64,000 nucleotides of DNA from Methanocella sp. (GTDB taxonomy: Archaea; Thermoproteota; Bathyarchaeia; Bathyarchaeales; Bathycorpusculaceae): contig JBLNCY010000031.1 in NCBI GenBank assembly GCA_050261115.1, positions 1 to 64,000 of the forward strand. Reading direction: 5' to 3'. The notes below the pieces were generated by a model that saw nothing but the letters and a program-made list of their open reading frames with translations, was not told the DNA's origin and did no database searches. A program made the translations under genes and the position numbers. Within the stretch, counting starts at the first letter, position 1; each line of letters starts with the position of its first letter. This document shows positions 9,147-17,135 of this stretch, piece after piece.

Positions 9147-9974
9147 GTGCCTACCCCCATATACCACCTCTACATCGAATACGCTGAACCCCAAAAAGGC
9201 GGCTTCCGATTCAACATCTCGCAAGAAGAACTTCAACGCACCTTCGCAGAACCCTTCAACGAAGGCAATCACTTCTGGCACTTAGGCCGCCTACTTGACC
9301 CCATAAAAGTTAAAAAAATCGCCATATTCTGGTCCTACGAACAAGCCAACCTACTGGACTTGCCAAACAATGAACGGGTAGTGTCAGCCAAAGACAAAAA
9401 ATACGCCGTAGAATGCCTCGAGAAAAACAAGGTAAAAGGCGCATACGTCTGCACACACAAATTCATAACCAAACCCCACACCGTACAAGCGTCGTCGGCT
9501 GCGTCTGGGTCGGGTAAGCGTCGGGTTCTCATCGTAAGTGGCGCAGATAAAGAAATGCAGACCGCCCTGACCACAGCTCTAACCAAGCTCTTACTGGTTC
9601 CGGTGGTACTCCGTGAGGAACCGGGTAATGGAAGAAAAATTGTGGAACGCTTCACCGCCGATTACTCTGATATAGGGCTTGTTGTCGCGTTGCTTTCCCC
9701 TGACGATTATGCTTATCCCGCCTCTGTGCAGGCGTCAAAGCGGAAGCTTCAGCCCCGACGGGACGTGATGTTTGAACTCGGCTACCTCATTGGCAAAATG
9801 GGCAAAAGCAAGGTTCTTGCGTTTTATCGGGAAGCCCCCAACTTTGAGGCGGGCACCGACTTTGAGGGCATAAATGCCTGCCCCTTCGACGAAGAGGGCA
9901 CCTGGAAACATACACTGCTAAGTGAACTTACATGCAACGGCTATGTGGTTGAGCCAGACAGAATACTAAAATAA
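9147..9974 (+). CDS. Protein with a C-terminal TIR-like nucleotide-binding domain (CAP12/Pycsar-type TIR family)
   Basis: RVLIVSG.D, PVVL.E.P..G.KIVE.F, VALLSPDD, PRRDVMFELGY..G match the prokaryotic TIR-like domain with the putative catalytic Glu; N-terminal ~120 aa unrecognised. Confidence 0.75.
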   Translation: MPTPIYHLYIEYAEPQKGGFRFNISQEELQRTFAEPFNEGNHFWHLGRLLDPIKVKKIAIFWSYEQANLLDLPNNERVVSAKDKKYAVECLEKNKVKGAYVCTHKFITKPHTVQASSAASGSGKRRVLIVSGADKEMQTALTTALTKLLLVPVVLREEPGNGRKIVERFTADYSDIGLVVALLSPDDYAYPASVQASKRKLQPRRDVMFELGYLIGKMGKSKVLAFYREAPNFEAGTDFEGINACPFDEEGTWKHTLLSELTCNGYVVEPDRILK

Positions 9975-9999
9975 GCCTGTCGGTTTCTGTTAGGGATGC

Positions 10000-10075
10000 G
10001 CGGTTGTAGTCTAGCTCGGTAGGACTCCAGCTTCCCAAGCTGGCTACCCGGGTTCAAATCCCGGCAACCGCACCA
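10000..10075 (+). tRNA. tRNA-Gly(CCC), CCA encoded, no intron
   Basis: Acceptor GCGGTTG/CAACCGC, anticodon arm CCAGC-TTCCCAA-GCTGG, T arm CCGGG-TTCAAAT-CCCGG, ACCA end. Confidence 0.97.
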
Positions 10076-10302
10076 AAATTTGAATTAAAACGTGAATTGT
10101 AAACATAGGACTTATTTTTTCTTAGCTCACAGAAGGAGAAGACCCCAGGCTATTTCTGTTGGTTTCAGGAAAACGTTAGGTGACATACATACTTACGTCC
10201 ACATAGCCATTGTCTCAAGATAATTCGAGCTCACTCGTTTAGTAAGTCTTTTATGATTAGGTACCGCTAACTTGTGCACCAACGATTCAAGGAGCAGAAA
10301 AA

Positions 10303-11595
10303 ATGAATAAACTATCGAAAACTACAAGCGTACTATTAATCGGCTTGTTAAGTTTCACCCTAATAGCCTCTTATGCAGCAGCGGCCTCAACGGGCGTATG
10401 GACCTTTGGCGGCGCAGCATACGAGGCGGTAATCAACAACATCGAAGCGCCTGATGGAGGCCACATAATTGTTGGCACCACCGAAGCCAGCAACAACAAC
10501 TATGATGCATGGATGTTCAAAGTAGACTCTGACGGCAATACCGTATGGAGCAGACCCTACGACGGCGGAAAAAACGAATCAGCATTTAACGTCATATCCA
10601 CAAGCGATGGCGGCTACGCAATAGTGGGCGCCACCACATCCTACGGAGCAGACGAAACAGGCAAAACTGACCTTTGGCTGATAAAAACCGACTCTGAAGG
10701 CAACATGCAATGGAACAAGACCTATGGCGTCAACTACTATGACGAAGGCTGGATGATACTTGAAGTTGACGACGGCTACATCATAGTAGGTATAACCTAT
10801 TCCGCTGAAGAGATAGGCGACGGCTGGCTACTAAAAACCGACAAGGAAGGCAACTTACTGTGGAATAAAATTTATGGCGGCAGCGGCGATGATGGCTTGT
10901 ATGGTGTAACTAAGACTGCAGCAGGCGGATACATTCTAGCGGGCTACACTAACTCGTCAGGTGCAGGCGGCTATGATGTTTGGCTAATCCGTGTCGATGA
11001 GATGGGTAATCAGCAGTGGGCACAGACCTATGGCGGTGTGGAAGATGACTTTGGGTACATTGCGTTTGAAAGTGAAACAGACTTTGTCGTTGACGGCACA
11101 ACATACTCCTATGGTGCGGGCGATGCAGACGTGTGGCTACTTAGAGTCGACGCGATGGGCAGCTTGATGTGGAACTATACTTATGGTGGACCAGACGGCG
11201 ACCATGGATGGTACGGCGCCAAAACCTCCGACGGCTATGCGTTATGCGGCTTCACCTACTCCTACAACACTGAAGACAGAGCGGAAGCGTGGCTTGTGAA
11301 AGTTGACGAACACGGCATGACACTCTGGAACAAAACCTATGGTGTAAGCGGCAAAGACTACTACGCCTGGGCAGTAATACAGACAAAAGAAGGCGGCTAT
11401 GCCCTTTCAGGCGAAGTCTCACCAATCGACAGCGAAGTAAGCGACGCATTCCTTATCGTCACAGACTCCGATGGCAATGCAGTAGTTGAGAATGCACCCT
11501 TAACTGGAAACCTCACAATCCATATAGTCGGCGCAGTCATCGCAGTCATTATTGTTATAGTCGTTGTTGTTTTGTTGATGAAACGAAAGAAGTAA
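10303..11595 (+). CDS. Secreted, C-terminally anchored beta-propeller repeat protein
   Basis: Signal peptide; about 7 repeats of D.W..K.D..G...W..TYGG; C-terminal TM helix followed by KRKK. Confidence 0.85.
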   Translation: MNKLSKTTSVLLIGLLSFTLIASYAAAASTGVWTFGGAAYEAVINNIEAPDGGHIIVGTTEASNNNYDAWMFKVDSDGNTVWSRPYDGGKNESAFNVISTSDGGYAIVGATTSYGADETGKTDLWLIKTDSEGNMQWNKTYGVNYYDEGWMILEVDDGYIIVGITYSAEEIGDGWLLKTDKEGNLLWNKIYGGSGDDGLYGVTKTAAGGYILAGYTNSSGAGGYDVWLIRVDEMGNQQWAQTYGGVEDDFGYIAFESETDFVVDGTTYSYGAGDADVWLLRVDAMGSLMWNYTYGGPDGDHGWYGAKTSDGYALCGFTYSYNTEDRAEAWLVKVDEHGMTLWNKTYGVSGKDYYAWAVIQTKEGGYALSGEVSPIDSEVSDAFLIVTDSDGNAVVENAPLTGNLTIHIVGAVIAVIIVIVVVVLLMKRKK

Positions 11596-11862
11596 TCATC
11601 CTTTACTTTCTTTTTCCTCTGGTTGTTTTTGACCGCATTCTGGACAGAAGTGCGCTGTCTGAGGGATTCGGTTCTGGCATTTGGGGCAGATTTTTAGAAT
11701 AACTGGTTGGGCCTTGAGGGAAGCTCCGCAATAGTTGCAATAGTTAGATTTTGCCGTTACCTGAGAGCCACACCTTGGGCAAGTTAGGTAGTTTTCACAG
11801 AATGGAATAGGAATAAGGATGCCGGCGGAAAGCATAGCTAACCACGGTATCAGAGAACCCAT
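11596..11862 (-). CDS. Double zinc-ribbon protein (start uncertain)
   Basis: CPRCG, CNYCG, CPKC, CPECG motifs. Confidence 0.75.
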   Translation of the reverse strand: MGSLIPWLAMLSAGILIPIPFCENYLTCPRCGSQVTAKSNYCNYCGASLKAQPVILKICPKCQNRIPQTAHFCPECGQKQPEEKESKG

Positions 11863-11973
11863 CTACACTTTATAACTTTACATTTCCCTTTACCTTGGAT
11901 ATAAGTGCATTTTCTTGGGAAATCAGCGGGTTTTTTATCCCCCACAACACACTATTCTATTGGAGGAAAAGGT

Positions 11974-12342
11974 GTGACTGTTTTTCTTGTAAGAACCTAC
12001 ACCGTAAAACCCGACAAGCTAGAAGCCCATAACGCGTGGGGCAAAAAACTCGTAGCTATGATAAAGAAGCATCCTGAACTGTTTAGCGGTATTAAATCCA
12101 TGCGGGTGCTTAGGCACAAGTATGGCGGCGCAGTGGGTGGCTTTACGGCTCTGTGGAAGTTTGAGAGTTTGGCCGATTTGGAGGCGTTTGAGCAAGGGTT
12201 TAGAGAGGTAAAAGAGAAAGCGGCCTTGCGGGAGGAGTTTGTGGATTTACTTGTGCCGGGCTCTTACTCACAGTGCGTTTTGGAGACGGTACGAGCAATT
12301 AAGCGCAAATCTGAATCCAAATCCAGGAAGCGAAAGCGGTAG
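11974..12342 (+). CDS. NIPSNAP-like / dimeric alpha-beta barrel small protein
   Basis: RTYTVKPDK...LWKFESLADLE pattern; GGAGG RBS before the GTG at 11974. Confidence 0.6.
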   Translation: MTVFLVRTYTVKPDKLEAHNAWGKKLVAMIKKHPELFSGIKSMRVLRHKYGGAVGGFTALWKFESLADLEAFEQGFREVKEKAALREEFVDLLVPGSYSQCVLETVRAIKRKSESKSRKRKR

Positions 12343-12461
12343 CCCCCAAGCTTGGTTTCAAAGGAATACGACCTATTTTTTTATCCTGAAGATATGGAGC
12401 AGTGGCTAACAGAAGAAAAGCTTGGCTAAAATTAAACAAAAGGAAAGGAAGGGTGGATGGC

Positions 12462-13895
12462 TTATGGTTGCCATTTATCTATGATGTACTTGGGGATCTC
12501 GCTGCTGTCGCGTGGACCAACCAAGACTTTCCAGCCGGATAGTTCTTCGATTTCGCCGCTGATTCTGCTTGCTTTGCCTGGGCTGATGATTTTGCGGTGT
12601 TTAACTTTGCTCTCAACGCCTGAGGCTTTGATTGCGTCTGCGATGCGTTCGGCGGTTAGTTTGCGTCCTGCAACGCCGCTGTCAATTGCGCTACCTTCTG
12701 CGTCGACTACGATGAGGTATGCGTTGGTCTTGCTGCTTTCGATGTCGCTTGCGACTGTGTAGTAGGTTAGGGCGAAGTTGCTTGTGAACATGACTGGGCT
12801 GTTCTCGTCTGGTGTGCCGAAGACCTTGAGGCCGGGTGCGACTGCGACTGGTTTGCGTGGGTCAGTGTAGATGTTTTGGCGTAGGACTGCAAGTGGAAGT
12901 AGGCTCCATCCGTCGTTTCCGTGGAGTATTAGGGCGTCTGCATAGCGGACAACCAGCATGGATGCGAGGTATGATTCGCGCCATTTGATGAGGTCGTCTG
13001 CTGTTTCACCTTTGTTTGCCCAGACAGTCATGGGTATGCCGAGTAGCGGTAGGCCTGCGAGTTCGTCACCAGCTTTGGTGGCTGCGCGTCGAAGCATGGT
13101 AAAGTTGTTTAGGGTGTCTTGTAGTCCTTCATTGGCAAAGGTGCCGGGGTCAAGGACGATGTCTTTTACGCCGTAGGCTTGGAGGGTTTTTGTGAGTGAT
13201 GCTAATGTGTTAAGATCGTTTGGTGCAGATGCAACGAGGGGTGCATCATACATTATTGCGAGTTCAGCCATTTCTTTCCAGTTTTCTGTTGTTGCTGCGT
13301 AGAGTAGTGGGCGTGCTTTGGGTGCGGCCATGATGCCTGCTTCCATGACTTGGGGGTTTAGGGTGCACAGGATCATGGGTAGCTTGGTGGTTTCGCTGAC
13401 TTTTTTGACGCAGGCTTTGAATTTGTCTGCATCGTCGCTTGTGCATCGGATCGCAATCATGTCAAGTCGCAGAGTGTTTCCGATGTATTCGTAGCTAAAG
13501 TTTTCAGTCTTTTGTACGCGGGCGACAACTTCGCTCTCGGGCATTTCGTCGGTTACATCGATTGCGATTGCGGTTGGGTTCTTGTAAGTCAGTTCGTGGC
13601 GGTACATGACGAGTTTGCCGCCGATTTTCTTGGCTTTCTCGCCGACGCCGACGACTACTTCTTTCACTGCGGGTTTAAGGAGCTCTTGGAGGGTGGCGTA
13701 TGCTTTGGCGTGTTCTGGTTTTAGCAGTGGCTTGCATGCGTCGAGTTCCATTTCGCGGTTGACAAGCTTGGTGGCGAAGGCCATGCAGTTGTCGACGCCG
13801 CATTCTTTGCAGTTAATTTTCGGTAGGTTCTTGTAGATGGTGATTGGGCTGAGTTCTTTTAATCCGCCTTTTTTCTTTTCTGCCATATCAGTCAT
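12462..13895 (-). CDS. cdhE: ACDS gamma subunit (corrinoid Fe-S protein, large subunit)
   Basis: LPKINCKECGVDNCMAFA Fe-S motif; LRQNIYTDPRKP, NFALTY, VGPRDSS. Confidence 0.96.
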   Translation of the reverse strand: MTDMAEKKKGGLKELSPITIYKNLPKINCKECGVDNCMAFATKLVNREMELDACKPLLKPEHAKAYATLQELLKPAVKEVVVGVGEKAKKIGGKLVMYRHELTYKNPTAIAIDVTDEMPESEVVARVQKTENFSYEYIGNTLRLDMIAIRCTSDDADKFKACVKKVSETTKLPMILCTLNPQVMEAGIMAAPKARPLLYAATTENWKEMAELAIMYDAPLVASAPNDLNTLASLTKTLQAYGVKDIVLDPGTFANEGLQDTLNNFTMLRRAATKAGDELAGLPLLGIPMTVWANKGETADDLIKWRESYLASMLVVRYADALILHGNDGWSLLPLAVLRQNIYTDPRKPVAVAPGLKVFGTPDENSPVMFTSNFALTYYTVASDIESSKTNAYLIVVDAEGSAIDSGVAGRKLTAERIADAIKASGVESKVKHRKIISPGKASRISGEIEELSGWKVLVGPRDSSEIPKYIIDKWQP

Positions 13896-13901
13896 GACTC
13901 C

Positions 13902-15134
13902 TTAAGCCTTTACTTTGACCCATTCTAGGAACTTGGCTGGGTCTGCTTTCTTGTTTGCTGTTAAGTAGTTTGTGACGTCTTTGAGGGTCTTGACGGCTGC
14001 GGGATGCATCATCATGAATAGATCGACACCTGCGGTGAGTAGGGTGAGAGCTGTTGTAACTTCCCAAAGTGGACCTCTGAGTTCGCGTGGCTCCCAGTTA
14101 TCGGACATCTTTAGCCATGCTTCACGGGCTGCCCAAGCGTTTGTTGTACCGGAACTCATTGGCTGGGCTAATTCGAGGTCACCCATTAAGCCGCCGATGC
14201 GTGCGCGTTCCATGTTAGTGAAGGCGTAGTCTAAGCCGTAACCTAAGGCTGCGGTTGTTAAGTCCATGATGATGTCTTCGCGTCCAAGGTTGTCAAAGAG
14301 GTGTCTGTTTAGTTCGCGTGCAAAGTTTAGGTCCATTGGTGTGAAGGCTAGGACTGCGTTGCCGGATTTCTTGATGAATTTGCCGCATTTGTCAACATCC
14401 ATGTCGCGTGTGACTGAGCTGATAAGGAAGCGTTCACCTGGGAACTGTGCACAAACTTCTTCGAAGAGCGCGGTGTCTTTTACTGGGTCACCGCATCCGC
14501 CGATGACAAGTGGCACATCTACTGCTTGCAGGACCTTCTCGATGGTTTTGCATGCGTCTTTGGGTGTTGCATCCTTCAGTAGTGGGTCAACGCTGATGAG
14601 GTGTAGTGTAACCATGTCTGCGCCGAATTTTTCGACTGCAAGTTTTGCCCAAGCTGCTGGGTCGCCGACGACGTCTTTAACGTGCATCTTGACGGCTTTG
14701 CTTAGGGGGACTTCCATGTCGAAAACGTCTAAGGTGACGACTGGCTTGTGTGGTGTTGGGTTCTCAAAGCTGTAGAAAGCAGGGGAGAGTTCTCCGCCGA
14801 TGGTGATGGTTTTGCCGCGTGTGCCGCCTTCGCTTCGGGTTGCGCCTAGTTTGACTGTTGCGATTTGGTTGGGGTATTTCTCAATTGGTGAAACAAAAGA
14901 TGAGGGAAGGAGGCTTGTTGGTTTGCCGCCTGCCACTGCTGAGACGCCAGCTGGAAGCTTGAGCTTGGGCAAGATAGCTGGTGCCATGCCAGGCTCAAAG
15001 AGGATTTCTAGCTCTTTGGCGTCAAGTTGGAAATCCTCCAACTCGATCGTCTTGAACTTAGCTAGCGCGGCTAGCAAGTCATCGGAGAGCTGTAGGCCCT
15101 CGCTTTTGTTTTTGTCGTTGTTGTGGTGAGTCGT
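13902..15134 (-). CDS. cdhD: ACDS delta subunit (corrinoid Fe-S protein, small subunit); probable ACG start at 15134, alternative TTG at 15077
   Basis: LGAT..EGGTRG, ALGYGLDY...MERAR, NAWAAREAW, RGPLWE, MMMHP; position in the cdh operon. Confidence 0.95.
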   Translation of the reverse strand, partial: TTHHNNDKNKSEGLQLSDDLLAALAKFKTIELEDFQLDAKELEILFEPGMAPAILPKLKLPAGVSAVAGGKPTSLLPSSFVSPIEKYPNQIATVKLGATRSEGGTRGKTITIGGELSPAFYSFENPTPHKPVVTLDVFDMEVPLSKAVKMHVKDVVGDPAAWAKLAVEKFGADMVTLHLISVDPLLKDATPKDACKTIEKVLQAVDVPLVIGGCGDPVKDTALFEEVCAQFPGERFLISSVTRDMDVDKCGKFIKKSGNAVLAFTPMDLNFARELNRHLFDNLGREDIIMDLTTAALGYGLDYAFTNMERARIGGLMGDLELAQPMSSGTTNAWAAREAWLKMSDNWEPRELRGPLWEVTTALTLLTAGVDLFMMMHPAAVKTLKDVTNYLTANKKADPAKFLEWVKVKA

Positions 15135-15149
15135 TTTAGTTCACCAGGT

Positions 15150-16565
15150 TTAGGCTTTCTTGTCGTCTTTTGCGGTGGTGATGATGACTTTGTTGGCGTA
15201 GATCTTGGCGTCTTTGAGGATGATCTTGAATCCGCCGGCCATGATTGGCAGGGATCCTGCTGTGGCAACTGGCATCATGGTGCCTGCTGCTTCCTCGTTG
15301 ACTGTGACTGCTGTGGCTACTTCTTCTGCTGCGGGGGCTTCTTCTTTTGCCCATCTTGCAACAACTGGGTGGTTCTTTGCTTGCAGGAACGCTTTGAGTT
15401 CGTCAACGTTCTTGGCATCCTCTTCAGTGGCGATTTTGTCGACGACGTCTGCTGGGATGAAGTCTTTGACTTTTTCTTTGACTTCTTTAGGTACCCAAAC
15501 GATGCGGTTCCATCCGCCGTCTGCCGCAAAGAATTTGCTGCTTCGCATGTACTCGATGGACATGCCGTGGAAGCCGTCGATTTGTCTGCCGCCTGCCGCG
15601 GAGTCTGCTAAGGTGCTGAATGGTAAACCGTTTACGGTTGCACCCTTAAAGTTGCGTTGGACGACACCTAAGCCGTCAACTTCTGGGATGTAGAAGGTTA
15701 CTGCTTCAAAGCATCCACATGAGGTGTGTGGGTGATCAAAGGCTGTGTAGAGCCAAACTTTGTTGACTTCGCCCATGCTGCGTTTCTGTGCTGCTTCGTT
15801 AACGCCGCTGAATTCTCCTTTTTCTGCGTTAATTATTTCGCCTCTTGGGATTGCAAAGACTGGACCCTTGGGGTCAATGCTTGCGGAGGCTTTACCGTCA
15901 AACCAGCTGATGGCGCCGCAGTTGCTGTATCTTTGTGGTGTGATGACACAGACGTGGCTTGGCGCAAATGACTGACAAAGTGCGCAGCCATAGAATTCAT
16001 CAACTTCTGCGTCTTTTAGGCCTCTGGCTTTTGAGTCGCGTGCTTCATAAGCTTGGATAGCTTGAGGTGTCATTTCGTCTAGTTTTGCTGGGTCGGTTAT
16101 GAAGGTAACCTGTAGTTTCTCAACAATTGGCAGTTCGCTCTTGAAGAGTCTGAAGAGAACTTTACCAATTTGTTCAAAGCTGTTTAGGCCTTTCTGGAAG
16201 GATTTCTTGCCGATGCGTATCCAGATGTCATAGCGCTGGTTTAGGTGCATGAAGCCCTCGATGTAGTTGAGGTAGCCGTGAATGCGTCTTTCTAGGACAC
16301 CTTCAAGGCCTGAGTCGAGTTTTGCGCCTGCTGCTTCGATTAGGATACCGAATGGATATGCGCCGCCTTCCTTTAGGTCTTTTAGATCTGGGCCGATGAT
16401 GGTGACTTTGCCATCTTCGACTTCGTTCATGGGTTTTACTTTTGCCAGTTCAAACTTTTGTTTGACTGTTGGTCCGCCGAGTTCGACTTGCATGTCGTTT
16501 CTGCGGATACGTTCGCCTTCGTAGATTACGCCAACTTCTACAGGTATATCTTTAAACATTGACAT
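15150..16565 (-). CDS. cdhC: ACDS beta subunit (acetyl-CoA synthase)
   Basis: YEGERIR, LERRIH, HLNQR, FYGCALCQSFAP, HTSCGCFE A-cluster ligands; start set at the ATG at 16565 after GGAGG. Confidence 0.97.
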   Translation of the reverse strand: MSMFKDIPVEVGVIYEGERIRRNDMQVELGGPTVKQKFELAKVKPMNEVEDGKVTIIGPDLKDLKEGGAYPFGILIEAAGAKLDSGLEGVLERRIHGYLNYIEGFMHLNQRYDIWIRIGKKSFQKGLNSFEQIGKVLFRLFKSELPIVEKLQVTFITDPAKLDEMTPQAIQAYEARDSKARGLKDAEVDEFYGCALCQSFAPSHVCVITPQRYSNCGAISWFDGKASASIDPKGPVFAIPRGEIINAEKGEFSGVNEAAQKRSMGEVNKVWLYTAFDHPHTSCGCFEAVTFYIPEVDGLGVVQRNFKGATVNGLPFSTLADSAAGGRQIDGFHGMSIEYMRSSKFFAADGGWNRIVWVPKEVKEKVKDFIPADVVDKIATEEDAKNVDELKAFLQAKNHPVVARWAKEEAPAAEEVATAVTVNEEAAGTMMPVATAGSLPIMAGGFKIILKDAKIYANKVIITTAKDDKKA

Positions 16566-16569
16566 TTTC

Positions 16570-17115
16570 TTATTGTCCTCCTTCAACAAATTTTTGGGTC
16601 ATTACTTTTAGATTTGCAGCCCAATCTTCTAGGCTTGCATTGGGAAAAGACCAAGATGCGTGTACATGGTACATGTTGTCGATGGTCATTGTTTTTAGGT
16701 CTGGTGCAAAGTGTTTAAGACCGCTAAGGATTAGTGCCTCCATGTAGTAGGGCATGCCAACATAGATTACGAGGTCTGGGCGGCCTTTGCCGTCTAGTCC
16801 CATCCATGTTGGGTCAGCGACGCGTTGACTGATTTCCATTGCGTTCATGTAGCCTGCTGGTGTGTAGCCGCGTTTGACGAATTCACCGACCATGTGAGCT
16901 GTTGCAACCACTGGAATCTTGGATGCCTTTGCTAAGTCGATGACGTACTCGATTGCCTGTTTGCCTTCCATCCATCTTTCGGTTACGTTACTGCCGACAA
17001 TGAGAAGGGGCCGTTGGGCCTTCTTCATCATTGCGACTGCTATCTCGGGTTTTTGAATTGGGTTTGCTTTTTTGGTTGCTGCAATTTCTGCACATTGCCA
17101 TGGTTCACAGGACAT
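16570..17115 (-). CDS. cdhB: ACDS epsilon subunit
   Basis: KAQRPLLIVG, PVVATA, W.GLDG.G..DL, LSGLKHF; between cdhA and cdhC. Confidence 0.93.
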   Translation of the reverse strand: MSCEPWQCAEIAATKKANPIQKPEIAVAMMKKAQRPLLIVGSNVTERWMEGKQAIEYVIDLAKASKIPVVATAHMVGEFVKRGYTPAGYMNAMEISQRVADPTWMGLDGKGRPDLVIYVGMPYYMEALILSGLKHFAPDLKTMTIDNMYHVHASWSFPNASLEDWAANLKVMTQKFVEGGQ

Positions 17116-17135
17116 AGTTTTTTCTCCTCCGTTCC

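Noticed and set aside
9990-10300. Integrated mobile element at tRNA-Gly
   Set aside because: No integrase, and no duplicated tRNA 3' end noticed in the window
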